Source: an uncultured Clostridia bacterium
Lineage (GTDB): Bacteria; Bacillota; Clostridia; TANB77; CAG-508
Length of the DNA: 64,000 bases
NCBI GenBank assembly: GCA_947627935.1
Contig: CANQXY010000004.1
Location: 1,536-65,535 of the forward strand
Direction of reading: 5' to 3'
Below the pieces are notes generated by a model, which did not search any database, was not told the DNA's origin, and saw nothing but the letters and a program-made list of their open reading frames with translations. The translations under genes and the position numbers were made by a program. Shown here piece after piece: positions 17,902-28,275 of the stretch. The stretch's first letter is position 1; every line of letters begins with the position of its first letter.

Positions 17902-19269
17902 TTATATAATTTCACCAATTAAGTCATAATTATCAATGTCAATTATTTTAATTTTAGTGAATGTATTTATTAGTTGATTTTCATCTGATTTGCTTGTATT
18001 TTTTATATAAACTATTCCATCTTCCATAGGTATATCTTGCATAGTTCTACCTATTAAATATTTACCATCAAAAGATATATTTTCAATAATTACTTCAAAA
18101 GTTTTTCCAATTTTGTCTTTTAAAATTCTATTTGATATTTCTTGTTGTTTTTTCATTATCTTATTATATCTAGATTTCTTTGTTAAATGATGTATTTGAT
18201 TTGGAAGTTTAGCAGCAGGTGTATTTTCTTCTTTTGAATACATAAAAGTACCTAATCTATCAATTTTTGTTTTACTAACAAAATTATATAATTCTTCAAA
18301 ATCTTCTTTAGTTTCACCTGGGAATCCAACTATTAAACTTGTCCTTATAACTATATCTGGAATTTCTTTTCTTATTTTATATATTAAATTTTCAATATCT
18401 TCTTTTGATGTTTTTCTATTCATCATTTTTAATATTTTGTTTGAAATATGTTGAATTGGTATATCAAAATATTTACAAATTTTTTTATTTGATTTTACAA
18501 CATTTATTAATTCATCTGTTATTCCTTCGGGATATGAATATAAAAATCTAATCCACTTTATACCTTCTATTTTACTTAAATTTTCTAATAGTTCTGCAAG
18601 TTTAGAAGTTCCATATATGTCTATACCATATTTAGTAGTATCTTGTGCAATTATTATTAATTCCCTTATTCCTTTTTTAGAAAGCATTTTTGCTTCTTCT
18701 AAAATATCTTCCATTTTTCTACTTACAAATGGCCCTCTTATATATGGTATTGCACAATATGTGCATTTATTACTGCAACCTTCTCCAATTTTTAAATAAG
18801 CATAATTCTTACCTGTTGTTATAGTTCTTTGTAAAAATTCTTCTTTTGTTGGAAGTGGTAATTTATTTATTTCAGATATCTTAGTTACTACTTTCTTTTT
18901 TGATTTATCTACTATGTTTTTATTTATTAATTTATCAATACTATCCCATAGCTTATTATATTCATCTAATTTTATAAACAAGTCTACTTCTGGCAATAGT
19001 TTTACTAAATCATTATAATATCTTTGTACTAAACATCCCATTACAATTAAATATTTACATTTTTTATTTTTATACTCGGCCATTTCTAATATTGTATTTA
19101 TTGCTTCTTCTTTAGCTTTATCTATAAATCCACAAGTATTAATAACTATAATATCCGCTTCTTCCGGATTATTTGTAATTACATATCCGTTGTTTTTAAA
19201 ATGTCCTATTGCAACTTCAGTATCAATTAAATTTTTGCTACATCCTAGTGATACAAATCCTACCTTCAT
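17902..19269 (-). CDS. rimO: Ribosomal protein S12 methylthiotransferase RimO (radical SAM MTTase)
   Basis: 455 aa with N-terminal MKVGFVSLGCSKNLIDTE, the radical-SAM motif CSNKCTYC, and a C-terminal TRAM-like region. Confidence 0.8.
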   Translation of the reverse strand: MKVGFVSLGCSKNLIDTEVAIGHFKNNGYVITNNPEEADIIVINTCGFIDKAKEEAINTILEMAEYKNKKCKYLIVMGCLVQRYYNDLVKLLPEVDLFIKLDEYNKLWDSIDKLINKNIVDKSKKKVVTKISEINKLPLPTKEEFLQRTITTGKNYAYLKIGEGCSNKCTYCAIPYIRGPFVSRKMEDILEEAKMLSKKGIRELIIIAQDTTKYGIDIYGTSKLAELLENLSKIEGIKWIRFLYSYPEGITDELINVVKSNKKICKYFDIPIQHISNKILKMMNRKTSKEDIENLIYKIRKEIPDIVIRTSLIVGFPGETKEDFEELYNFVSKTKIDRLGTFMYSKEENTPAAKLPNQIHHLTKKSRYNKIMKKQQEISNRILKDKIGKTFEVIIENISFDGKYLIGRTMQDIPMEDGIVYIKNTSKSDENQLINTFTKIKIIDIDNYDLIGEII

Positions 19270-19281
19270 ATTTTTCTCCTA

Positions 19282-20466
19282 CTAATCTTTATGACTACAA
19301 ATATGTTTTCTTGTAAGTTCCATTAAATCTAATTTTGTAAATCCTTCTATCTGAGTTTTTGCTCTATCTTCACTTAATTTTTCTTTAAGTAAATTAATTA
19401 TCTTTTGTTTACTTTCTTCTTTTTTCATATCAATATAATCAATTATAATTATTCCACCTATATCTCTTAGTCTAAGCTGTTTTGCTATTTCAATTGTAGC
19501 TTCTTCATTTACTTTATATATAGTTTCCTCTAAATCTTTTTTTCCTACATATTTTCCTGTATTAACATCTATTGCTGTTAATGCTTCTGTTTTATCTATT
19601 GTTATAAATCCACCACAATTAAGCCATACTTTTCTATTTTTTAATTTGTCTATTTGGTTTTGAATATCATACATATCTAGTAAATTACTATTTTCCCTTA
19701 ATTCAACTTTTATATCTTTTATACATTCATTTTCTGATTTAAATGATAAAATTTCTTCATATTCTTGTTTATCATTTGTTATTATATTAGCTATTTTTTT
19801 ATCTATTAAATCTATAATCATTTTACTTATTATGCTTTCACTTTTATAGATTAATCTATCTTTTAAGTCAGTTTCTTTACATTTATTTAATATTTTTTCC
19901 CATTTACTATACACATTTTTAATATCATTTACTAATTGCTCTTTACTTTTATTTTTAGCAGATGTCCTTATTACTGCTCCATTTCCTTTTGGTAAGTTTT
20001 CTTTAAATATTTTTAATAACCTCTGTCTTTCATTTTGATCTTCAATTTTTTGTGAAATTGTTATTATATCTGTATTTGGCATTAATACCATATATATACT
20101 TGGAAGACTTATATGTGTTGAAACTCTTGCACCTTTTTGTTCATTACTATCCTTTTTTACTTGAACAATTAAATTATCATTTACTTTTATAACACTTTTA
20201 ATATCAGTATTTAATTCTACTTTTTCTTCCTTTTCATCTACTTTTGGAAGAATGTCTTTTAAATGTATAAAACTATTTTTTTCAGTTCCTATATCTACAA
20301 ATGCTGATTGCATACCTTGTAAAATATCTTTTACTTTACCTACATATATGTTTCCTTCATTTCTATTTAAGTTTTTTTCTTCTTCATATACTTCAATAAG
20401 CTTTCCGTTTTCAGTTAAAGCAATTGTTTTTATATTATTTTGTTTATTTACTATTATTTCTAACAT
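19282..20466 (-). CDS. rng: Ribonuclease G/E family protein (short form)
   Basis: 394 aa with an S1 domain (GNIYVGKVKDILQGMQSAFVDIG) and the catalytic region GGFITIDKTEALTAIDVNTG. Confidence 0.8.
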   Translation of the reverse strand: MLEIIVNKQNNIKTIALTENGKLIEVYEEEKNLNRNEGNIYVGKVKDILQGMQSAFVDIGTEKNSFIHLKDILPKVDEKEEKVELNTDIKSVIKVNDNLIVQVKKDSNEQKGARVSTHISLPSIYMVLMPNTDIITISQKIEDQNERQRLLKIFKENLPKGNGAVIRTSAKNKSKEQLVNDIKNVYSKWEKILNKCKETDLKDRLIYKSESIISKMIIDLIDKKIANIITNDKQEYEEILSFKSENECIKDIKVELRENSNLLDMYDIQNQIDKLKNRKVWLNCGGFITIDKTEALTAIDVNTGKYVGKKDLEETIYKVNEEATIEIAKQLRLRDIGGIIIIDYIDMKKEESKQKIINLLKEKLSEDRAKTQIEGFTKLDLMELTRKHICSHKD

Positions 20467-20478
20467 TAAATTTTCCTT

Positions 20479-21042
20479 TCAATTTATCTTATTCATAGCA
20501 TTATCGATACCATTTTTTATAATTTCTATAATTGCATCTTTTGCAAGTGTTGTAGCTTTATCTAATATTTCTTGTTCATCTTCTGGAATATGTCCTAAAA
20601 CATAATTTATTAAATCTTCTTTATGCTCTGGCATACCTATTCCTACTCTTATTCTTGCAAAATCAGTTGTTCCTAGCCTTTCTACTACAGATTTCATTCC
20701 ATTATGAGTACCTGCTCCACCTTTTTTTCTTATCTTAACTGATCCTTTATCTAAATCTATATCATCATATATTAATATTATATCTTTAAAATCTATCTTA
20801 TAAAAATTAACAAATTCTACTATACTATCACCACTTAAATTCATATATGTCTGTGGTTTTAATAAAACTACTTTTTGATTTTCTATAATACCAGTACCAT
20901 ATAATCCATTAAATTTATTTTTATTTACTTTTATTTCATATTGTTTAGCTAATTTATTTATTGTATTAAATCCCATATTATGCCTTGTTTTACTATAATC
21001 TTCTTCAGGATTTCCAAGTCCTACTATTAAATACATTTTCAT
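20479..21042 (-). CDS. pth: Peptidyl-tRNA hydrolase
   Basis: 187 aa with LIVGLGNPEEDYSKTRHNMGF. Confidence 0.93.
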   Translation of the reverse strand: MKMYLIVGLGNPEEDYSKTRHNMGFNTINKLAKQYEIKVNKNKFNGLYGTGIIENQKVVLLKPQTYMNLSGDSIVEFVNFYKIDFKDIILIYDDIDLDKGSVKIRKKGGAGTHNGMKSVVERLGTTDFARIRVGIGMPEHKEDLINYVLGHIPEDEQEILDKATTLAKDAIIEIIKNGIDNAMNKIN

Positions 21043-21111
21043 TCCTCTTTCTTTATGTATTTTATCCTTATATATTTTACATTATTTTTCCATATTTTTC
21101 AATATAAAAAC

Positions 21112-21141
21112 AAAAAAGCACCCTTTAAAAGGGTGTTTTTT
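21112..21141 (-). terminator. Rho-independent terminator downstream of spoVG
   Basis: Hairpin GCACCC-TTTAAAA-GGGTG, flanked by an A-run and a T-run. Confidence 0.7.
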
Positions 21142-21147
21142 AATTTA

Positions 21148-21420
21148 TTATTCTGCTGATTCCTCTGTTTCTGGAGCTTCATAAGCTTCTAATATAGCTG
21201 TTTGAATTTTCTCTCTAGTTTCAGCATTAATTGGATGAGCTATATCCTTAAATTCTCCGTTTGGAGTTTTTCTGCTTGGCATAGCAATAAATAATCCATT
21301 TTGGCTTTCGATAACTTTGATATCGTGAATTACGAATTCATTATCGAATGTTACAGAAGCAACAGCTTTCATTCTGTTCTCTGAATTTACTTTTCTTAAA
21401 CGTACGTCTGTTATTTGCAT
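21148..21420 (-). CDS. spoVG: Septation protein SpoVG
   Basis: [11 protein letters not shown].. matches the SpoVG family. The ATG at 21420 follows AAAGAGGTG; the tracked GTG at 21429 overlaps the RBS. Confidence 0.92.
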   Translation of the reverse strand: MQITDVRLRKVNSENRMKAVASVTFDNEFVIHDIKVIESQNGLFIAMPSRKTPNGEFKDIAHPINAETREKIQTAILEAYEAPETEESAE

Positions 21421-21672
21421 ATTGTGCACCTCTTTCCAATGTTTTAAATTTTATACATAAATTTAATCTTATGTACATTTATAATATTCTTCAAAAAAAA
21501 TGTTTTTCCCGCTTTTTTTTACAAAAATTTTTAATTTATATTTTTGTAACTTTTTATTATAATTTTTAATATATTAAAATGATATTATTTTCTCTAAAAT
21601 TGATTAAAAAATATTGAATTTTGTATAATATAAGTATATAATTTGACTGTTAATATAAAAGGAGTGTTTTTA

Positions 21673-23052
21673 ATGCCTAAAATAGATAATCTTAAAAAAT
21701 ATAAAAATATACATATGATCGGAATTGGCGGAGTAAGTATGAGTGGAATTGCTGAAATTTTATTAAATTTTGGTTTTTCTATAACTGGTTCTGACGCAAA
21801 TTCTTCAGAAATAACTGATATTTTAAGCAAAAAAGGAATAGATGTTACAATTGGTCATGACATAAATAAAATTTCTAATTCTGATTTAGTTGTATACTCT
21901 GCAGCCATAAAGCAAGATGACCCTGAAATGTTAGAGGCTAAAAAATTAAATATTCCTACAATAGAAAGAGCTGATTTTTTAGGCGAATTAACAAGATGTT
22001 ATGAAGATACAATTGCTATTTCTGGAACTCACGGAAAAACAACTACAACTTCAATGGTATCACTTTGTTTTATAGAGGCTTTGAAAGATCCTAGTATTCA
22101 GGTTGGTGCTATTTTAAAACAAATAGATGGAAACTATAAAGTTGGAAATAGTGAACATTTTATTATAGAAGCTTGTGAATATGTTGAAAGTTTCTTAAAA
22201 TTTAGTCCTAAAGCTGAAATTGTTTTAAATATAGATAATGATCATTTAGATTATTTTAAAACTTTTGAAAATATCAAAAATGCATTTATAAAATATGTTA
22301 AACTTTTACCACAAGATGGTCTATTAGTTATAAATGGTGATGACTCAAATTGTTTAGACTTAAAACAATATACTAGTGCAAAAACATTAACATATGGTAT
22401 AACAAATAAAAATACAGACTTTTTTGCTGTTAATATTGTATTTAACAATGATGGTTTTCCAGAATTCGATGTATATAGTAAAGATGGTTTTTATAGTAGA
22501 ATAAAATTATCTGTTCCTGGAACTCATAATGTTTTAAATGCATTAGCTTGTATAGCACTTTGTAATGAGTATGGAATTTCTAAAGAAAATATAGTATCTG
22601 CTCTTCTTAATTTTACAGGTGCACATAGAAGATTTGAATTTAAAGGAAAAGTAAACGGTGCAAGTATTTATGATGATTATGGACATCATCCAACAGAAAT
22701 AGTTGCAACTGCAAAATCTTTAATGAATAAAAAATATAATGAATCTTGGGTTGTATTCCAACCACATACTTATAGTAGAACTAAAAATTTATTAGATGAT
22801 TTTGCAAAAGCATTACTTAATTTTGATAATATAATTATTTTAGATATATATGCTGCTAGAGAAAAAAATACTTATAATATATCTTCAAAAGATTTAGCAG
22901 ATAAAATTATATCACTTGGAAAAGATGCTAAATATATTCCTGACTTTAATGAGTGTGTTTCTTATATTAAGAAAAATGTTAAAGAAAATGATATTATAAT
23001 GACTTTAGGTGCAGGAACAGTTACTGAAATTGGTCCAATGTTATTAAAATAA
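21673..23052 (+). CDS. murC: UDP-N-acetylmuramate--L-alanine ligase
   Basis: Contains GIGGVSMSGIAEIL and the Mur ligase P-loop GTHGKTTTTSM. The ATG at 21673 follows AAAGGAG. Confidence 0.93.
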   Translation: MPKIDNLKKYKNIHMIGIGGVSMSGIAEILLNFGFSITGSDANSSEITDILSKKGIDVTIGHDINKISNSDLVVYSAAIKQDDPEMLEAKKLNIPTIERADFLGELTRCYEDTIAISGTHGKTTTTSMVSLCFIEALKDPSIQVGAILKQIDGNYKVGNSEHFIIEACEYVESFLKFSPKAEIVLNIDNDHLDYFKTFENIKNAFIKYVKLLPQDGLLVINGDDSNCLDLKQYTSAKTLTYGITNKNTDFFAVNIVFNNDGFPEFDVYSKDGFYSRIKLSVPGTHNVLNALACIALCNEYGISKENIVSALLNFTGAHRRFEFKGKVNGASIYDDYGHHPTEIVATAKSLMNKKYNESWVVFQPHTYSRTKNLLDDFAKALLNFDNIIILDIYAAREKNTYNISSKDLADKIISLGKDAKYIPDFNECVSYIKKNVKENDIIMTLGAGTVTEIGPMLLK

Positions 23053-23098
23053 ATTTAAAAAACATAATAAATTTAATTTATTATGTTTTTATTTTTAT

Positions 23099-24397
23099 TT
23101 AGTTTTCAACTTCTCTCATTTGCTTTATCATTAAATCTCCAAATACTGCATAACCTTCTTCAGGATTATTAAGTAAAACATGTGTTACTGCTCCAACGAA
23201 TTTACCATTTTGTATTATTGGACTTCCACTCATTCCTTGTATAATTCCTCCTGTTTTTTGTAAAAGTTTTGGATCTGTTACTTTTATAAGCATACTTTTG
23301 TTATCATAATTGTTATTAATATATATTTTTTCAATTTCAATTTCATATTCTTCTACATTCTGATTATCTAAACTACACAAAATAGTAGCTTTTCCCATTT
23401 TAATTTCTTCCCTATATGCAACTTCCATTTCTTTATTTTTATCAATATTAATGCTAGACAAATTATCTACTCTTCCATATATACCAAAATTTGTATTTTT
23501 ATATATTTGACCTATATTTTTACTATTTTCTATTGTTCCTTGAATTTTACCAGTATTCCCTTTTTCTCCTTTTTTTATTGATACAACTCTTGTTGTAACA
23601 AATTCACCAGATGCTATATTTAACAATTTATCTGTATCTATATCTGTTATTCCATGTCCTAATGCTCCAAACATTTTAGTTTCTGGCTCATAAAAAGTAA
23701 CTGTTCCAACTCCTGCTGCACTATCTCTTACCCATAATCCTAATTTATATTCATTTTCTGCTGTTTGAGTAGGTGTCATACTACATTTTTCTGTTTGTCC
23801 GTCTCTTACATATTCAATATCTATTTCTTTTCCATTTGATTTATTTACCATATCAATTAAATCAGATGTACAAGTAATTGCTTTGTCTTCTATTTCTATA
23901 ATCATATCTCCTTCTTCTATTCCAGAATTCTCATATGGTTTATATTTATTATTATCCATTCCTTCTATTTCTGACATTCCAACAACTAAAACTCCGCTTG
24001 TATATAATTTTACACCTGCTATATCTCCTACTGGAATAACTTTTGTTTTTGGAATTACACTTACATTAACATCTTTTATAAAAAACTTTTCAAATAAATT
24101 TACACTTATAGTTGTAGTTCCAACTTCATCTATTTTTTGATTTCCTATATTGCTAGATGTTAGTACTGTATTATAATTATTTTTTTGTTTTATATTCATC
24201 CCTAAAATAGTATTTATATTTAAGTTTTCACCTTCAAAAACTATTAAATTATCAGGAATATAACTTATAACTAATGTATAAATATATATAATCATTAAAA
24301 TAATAATTAAACTTAATCTTCTTATAACTTTCAATTTTCTTCCACCTTTAATAAATTCTTTTATTATTATTCCATTTTTATATATTTTTTTATACAA
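23099..24397 (-). CDS. spoIVB: SpoIVB peptidase (S55), stage IV sporulation
   Basis: 432 aa with an N-terminal TM, a PDZ-like region, and the catalytic serine context GMSGSPI. Confidence 0.88.
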   Translation of the reverse strand: MYKKIYKNGIIIKEFIKGGRKLKVIRRLSLIIILMIIYIYTLVISYIPDNLIVFEGENLNINTILGMNIKQKNNYNTVLTSSNIGNQKIDEVGTTTISVNLFEKFFIKDVNVSVIPKTKVIPVGDIAGVKLYTSGVLVVGMSEIEGMDNNKYKPYENSGIEEGDMIIEIEDKAITCTSDLIDMVNKSNGKEIDIEYVRDGQTEKCSMTPTQTAENEYKLGLWVRDSAAGVGTVTFYEPETKMFGALGHGITDIDTDKLLNIASGEFVTTRVVSIKKGEKGNTGKIQGTIENSKNIGQIYKNTNFGIYGRVDNLSSINIDKNKEMEVAYREEIKMGKATILCSLDNQNVEEYEIEIEKIYINNNYDNKSMLIKVTDPKLLQKTGGIIQGMSGSPIIQNGKFVGAVTHVLLNNPEEGYAVFGDLMIKQMREVEN

Positions 24398-24428
24398 AAA
24401 AATCTGATTTTTTAAAATCAGATTTTTA
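24396..24428 (-). terminator. Hairpin terminator at the end of the filament operon
   Basis: AAATCTGATTTT/AAAATCAGATTT, overlapping the stop codon of the 24426 gene. Confidence 0.6.
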
Positions 24429-26036
24429 ATTATTTATATAATTATCATAATTTACTCTATACATACCATACCTTTCTCTTCCAAGCGCAGTATAATATGC
24501 TTTTGCTAGATCTGGTTTATCAGATAAATAATCATAAATACTTGTATAACTTTCAACTGAAGTTTGATTTACAATACTTGAATATGAACCTAATTCATCA
24601 TGTGGATAACAATAATAATTCTCATCATTAATACGATATAATTTTTTCTCAAAATCAACATTAAAATATCCTATTAAATCCTCTTTATCATTTAATCCTT
24701 TTTCATTTACTCTGCTATATTGATCTCCATTTACTATAAATATAGAATCTTCTGACACTACTTCTTGTGTTTTATCATTTGTTATAACTGCATATCCATT
24801 ATACATTTTTCCGCCTATTGCTAGTCCTTGTAAAAAGCTTATTAAAGATGGATGATGTATTATTCTATACCAATCTGTTTCTGATAAATTTGGCATCTGA
24901 AATTCATTATTGCTATTTGAATAATCATTAAAATTTGCTATTGCTATTGATAAATTCTTTTGTATTGCATATCTTATTACCGCAATTCTATGTTCATTAA
25001 AATTAGAATCTTCATCTTCTATGCTTTTACCATCTTGTTTTTTAAATATTAAAGTATTTCCATATAATCCATTAACTGATTTTCCATCACTATCCGTTAT
25101 AGATTCTCCATTTTCATTTTTAGCATCAGAATATTTAAGATCTCCTAAATTGTCTCTTACCCAATCAGTAAATTCTTTAGCTTTTTTATAGTAATTTATT
25201 GCACTATCATTATCATCATTAAAATAATCATTTCTATATTTTTCTGCTAGGTTATTAGATAAATACATTTTTTCACCATTAACAACAGAAAATATTTTTT
25301 CATCATTTTCTAAATAATACTTTACACCATTTAATTGAACATATGGATATATTGCAGTCTTTTTTGATTCATCATCATCAATTATAACTCTCTCTTGAAT
25401 ATTTTCTTTTTCAATTTCTACATTTCTGTATTTAACAATATCATTTGTTATGTCAATATTATCTAATAAATATCCAGATTTATTTACATAGTTTTCTCCA
25501 ACTTTTCCTTGAACTGTTATATAATTATCTAATGTATATGTAATTACTACATCTATATTTCCTTTTATGTATCTACAAGAATAGTATACATATGGTTTTA
25601 GTCCTTGTACAGTCTGTCCATTTTGATATGTACTATTATTATATAAAGTTATATCTTCTCCTAAATTATTAGTATATGGTGAATATATATAATATCCATC
25701 ATATAGTGTATATACTAGTGCTGGTACATAGTTTTTTATTGTATCAGCATTATATCCACTTAATCCAAAGCTATTTGCTACAGAATCAAAAAATACATTT
25801 GCTGACGCTTTTATATCTCTCATTTTTGATGATGCAACATCAGAAGATGTATTTGAAAGAGTATTTATTTGAAATGCCTTAACTGCATCATATGTTGAAT
25901 TAACTAATTTTGAATCATATGAAGTTTGTAAATTTAATGTTTTTATTTGATTTCTTGTATATGCAGATAATACTATAGATATTGGTAGCATTATAACTAT
26001 AAAAATTATTGCTAAATTCTGTAGTTTCATAAGCAA
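24426..26036 (-). CDS. Large filament-associated protein (536 aa) with an N-terminal hydrophobic anchor; possible minor subunit or tip protein
   Basis: N-terminus MLMKLQNLAIIFIVIMLPISIVLSAY. It is the last gene of the operon. No family recognised. Confidence 0.45.
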   Translation of the reverse strand: MLMKLQNLAIIFIVIMLPISIVLSAYTRNQIKTLNLQTSYDSKLVNSTYDAVKAFQINTLSNTSSDVASSKMRDIKASANVFFDSVANSFGLSGYNADTIKNYVPALVYTLYDGYYIYSPYTNNLGEDITLYNNSTYQNGQTVQGLKPYVYYSCRYIKGNIDVVITYTLDNYITVQGKVGENYVNKSGYLLDNIDITNDIVKYRNVEIEKENIQERVIIDDDESKKTAIYPYVQLNGVKYYLENDEKIFSVVNGEKMYLSNNLAEKYRNDYFNDDNDSAINYYKKAKEFTDWVRDNLGDLKYSDAKNENGESITDSDGKSVNGLYGNTLIFKKQDGKSIEDEDSNFNEHRIAVIRYAIQKNLSIAIANFNDYSNSNNEFQMPNLSETDWYRIIHHPSLISFLQGLAIGGKMYNGYAVITNDKTQEVVSEDSIFIVNGDQYSRVNEKGLNDKEDLIGYFNVDFEKKLYRINDENYYCYPHDELGSYSSIVNQTSVESYTSIYDYLSDKPDLAKAYYTALGRERYGMYRVNYDNYINN

Positions 26037-26062
26037 TCCTTTCCTTTGTACAAAAATATATT

Positions 26063-26093
26063 CAAATAGCTTGTAATTTAATTACAAGCTATT
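26063..26093 (-). terminator. Intra-operon stem-loop (partial terminator or processing site)
   Basis: AAATAGCTTGTAA (26063-26075) pairs with TTACAAGCTATTT (26081-26093). The U-tract is weak. Confidence 0.4.
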
Positions 26094-26112
26094 TCATTTA
26101 TAATTACTAAAA

Positions 26113-26634
26113 TTAATTTCCGTTTGTTGTTACCATTCCTGAAGCATCCGCTGTTATTTGATATGAATTATTTCCTGTTACTTTATATAGGAAATTTTTT
26201 AATTGTTGTGAAATTGTTGTATTTGTATTTTTTACACTTACTGAAATAGTATCTCCCTCTTTTAATGTATATACATGGTCTTTTTCTAGCACATCTAGAA
26301 TTTGAGTAGTATAAACATCATAAGATTGATTTTCACCTATTTTATCTTTTGAAACCTTATCTGATTTTTTAGCTATGTTTTCATCTAGTATTTTTGCTTT
26401 TAATTCTACATCATAAGCATTTCCTGTTGCTGAAATCTCCTCTATAAATTTGCCATAATTTTCTTCTGTTAATTTACCTGTTTTCTTTATGTTGTCAACA
26501 AATTCACTAGTTGCTGTTTGTACTGTTAATTGTGATACATCATCACTTGTATCTGATAGTGTCATTAGTGGGAAAACGAACATTAATATTGCTGCTAAAA
26601 TTATTGCAATTACTGTTATTGTAGAATTTTCCAT
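26113..26634 (-). CDS. Pilin-like protein (173 aa), N-terminus MENSTITVIAIILAAILMFVFPL
   Basis: Short polar leader plus one hydrophobic helix, in the filament operon. Confidence 0.45.
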   Translation of the reverse strand: MENSTITVIAIILAAILMFVFPLMTLSDTSDDVSQLTVQTATSEFVDNIKKTGKLTEENYGKFIEEISATGNAYDVELKAKILDENIAKKSDKVSKDKIGENQSYDVYTTQILDVLEKDHVYTLKEGDTISVSVKNTNTTISQQLKNFLYKVTGNNSYQITADASGMVTTNGN

Positions 26635-26682
26635 TTTATTACCTCCTTTTACTTAAGATGTAAAATCAACATCCTTTTATTT

Positions 26683-27279
26683 TTAAATTTCTGTATATGT
26701 TATAACTCTCTTTTCTGTTTTATTAATATTTGATATAGTTTCACTTTCTTGCTCTTCTAAATTATTAATATCTTCAATTTTGTCTTCTATATAATATATA
26801 CCGAGTTCTTCTTTGAATTTCTTCCCTTTTATTGTATCATAAAATACATTATTATGCAAGTTTTGTGCATTAGGAAAGTTGTTTTCAAAATTTCCATTTA
26901 AAATACCATTAATAAATAGAGTAGCTTTATCTTGATTTCCTATTGCTTCTTGCTCTAAATCTATCTCATTTGTTTCTTCAAAATTCCCAGATACTTTTCT
27001 TTTATATATAATTAATGGGTCCCCATTTTCTTTGTAAAATCTTACTACATAATTTTCTTTATATGCTCTATATAGTGTTGGAACTATTGTTTCTGCTCCA
27101 ACTACTCTTTTAGTATCTCCTATTGAAACATATGTATAATCATATGTTTTATCAGTTGATTCAATTATCATTTGTGATGTTTGTCTAGCTAATGAAAAAG
27201 ATGACATACCTATTGATAGTGCTAGTACAAATATTAATACAGCAAAAGCCATAATTAATGCTTCACTTGCATTTTCCAT
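26683..27279 (-). CDS. Pilin-like protein (198 aa), N-terminus MENASEALIMAFAVLIFVLALSIG
   Basis: Member of the MENAS(K/E)AL family. Confidence 0.45.
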   Translation of the reverse strand: MENASEALIMAFAVLIFVLALSIGMSSFSLARQTSQMIIESTDKTYDYTYVSIGDTKRVVGAETIVPTLYRAYKENYVVRFYKENGDPLIIYKRKVSGNFEETNEIDLEQEAIGNQDKATLFINGILNGNFENNFPNAQNLHNNVFYDTIKGKKFKEELGIYYIEDKIEDINNLEEQESETISNINKTEKRVITYTEI

Positions 27280-27323
27280 AATACATCATCCTTTCTAATT
27301 TTTATAAATTATTTTATGTATTG

Positions 27324-27755
27324 TTATTCTGTTATAGTTACACTACTTACTAAACCTGAAGTATAGTTGCATTTAACTTTATATACTTTAGATGTTTTTG
27401 CTCTAACACTTATTTGATCATTACTTCCGTTTTCGCCACCTAATGCTATTACCTCATCATTTACACCTTTAGCTGTAGTAGATAATAATGTTACTTTTCT
27501 ATTTGCTGCTATATTTAATTCATCTGAATTACTTGTTATTATTTGTTGTAAAAGTGCATTTACATTTGCTCCTCTAACAGACTCACCTTGATATTGTTCA
27601 AATTTAGCATTAAATGTTTCTTTTTCCATATCACTCATTGATGTACTATTAATTACTTCTGATGCCTGTCTCCATATAACAATTCCAAGTGAAATTATTA
27701 ATATTGATAATAATATAGCTCCTGCTATAATTAATGCTTTTGATGCGTTTTCCAT
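27324..27755 (-). CDS. Pilin-like protein, candidate major subunit, copy 2 (143 aa)
   Basis: N-terminus MENASKALIIAGAILLSILIISLG. The first 87 aa are identical to the 27775-28209 product, and the C-terminal third diverges. Confidence 0.5.
   Translation of the reverse strand: MENASKALIIAGAILLSILIISLGIVIWRQASEVINSTSMSDMEKETFNAKFEQYQGESVRGANVNALLQQIITSNSDELNIAANRKVTLLSTTAKGVNDEVIALGGENGSNDQISVRAKTSKVYKVKCNYTSGLVSSVTITE
27492..27755. repeat. Copy A of a tandem direct repeat of about 264 bp (5' part of the pilin-like gene)
   Basis: Aligned by eye to 27946-28209: 3 mismatches, all silent at the protein level. Confidence 0.9.
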
Positions 27756-27774
27756 AAAATCAATCCTTTCTATT

Positions 27775-28209
27775 TTATTTCTTTTCTATATTTTCTATTG
27801 TTACTTTATTTACTACACCAGCACTATAACCACATGTAACTTTATAAACTTTAGATGTTTGTGCTCTGTTAGCTATTGCATCTAGATTAGTACCTGATAA
27901 TGATATTGCTGTATTGCCAACTCCAGTAGCACCTCCATCTATTGATACTTTTCTATTTGCTGCTATATTTAATTCATCTGAATTACTTGTTATTATTTGT
28001 TGTAAAAGTGCATTTACATTTGCTCCTCTAACAGACTCACCTTGATATTGTTCAAATTTAGCATTAAATGTTTCTTTTTCCATATCACTCATTGATGTAC
28101 TATTAATTACTTCTGATGCTTGCCTCCATATAACAATTCCAAGTGAAATTATTAATATTGATAATAATATAGCTCCTGCTATAATCAATGCTTTTGATGC
28201 GTTTTCCAT
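27775..28209 (-). CDS. Pilin-like protein, candidate major subunit, copy 1 (144 aa)
   Basis: Same N-terminal 87 aa as copy 2. The segment after NRKV is variable, then the conserved TSKVYKV.C.Y..G.V..VTI follows. Confidence 0.5.
   Translation of the reverse strand: MENASKALIIAGAILLSILIISLGIVIWRQASEVINSTSMSDMEKETFNAKFEQYQGESVRGANVNALLQQIITSNSDELNIAANRKVSIDGGATGVGNTAISLSGTNLDAIANRAQTSKVYKVTCGYSAGVVNKVTIENIEKK
27946..28209. repeat. Copy B of the tandem direct repeat of about 264 bp
   Basis: See 27492-27755. Confidence 0.9.
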
Positions 28210-28275
28210 AAAATTTTCCTCCTTAATTTTAACTTTTGTTTATTTCACGATAGTTTCCTATCAAATTTAATAACA

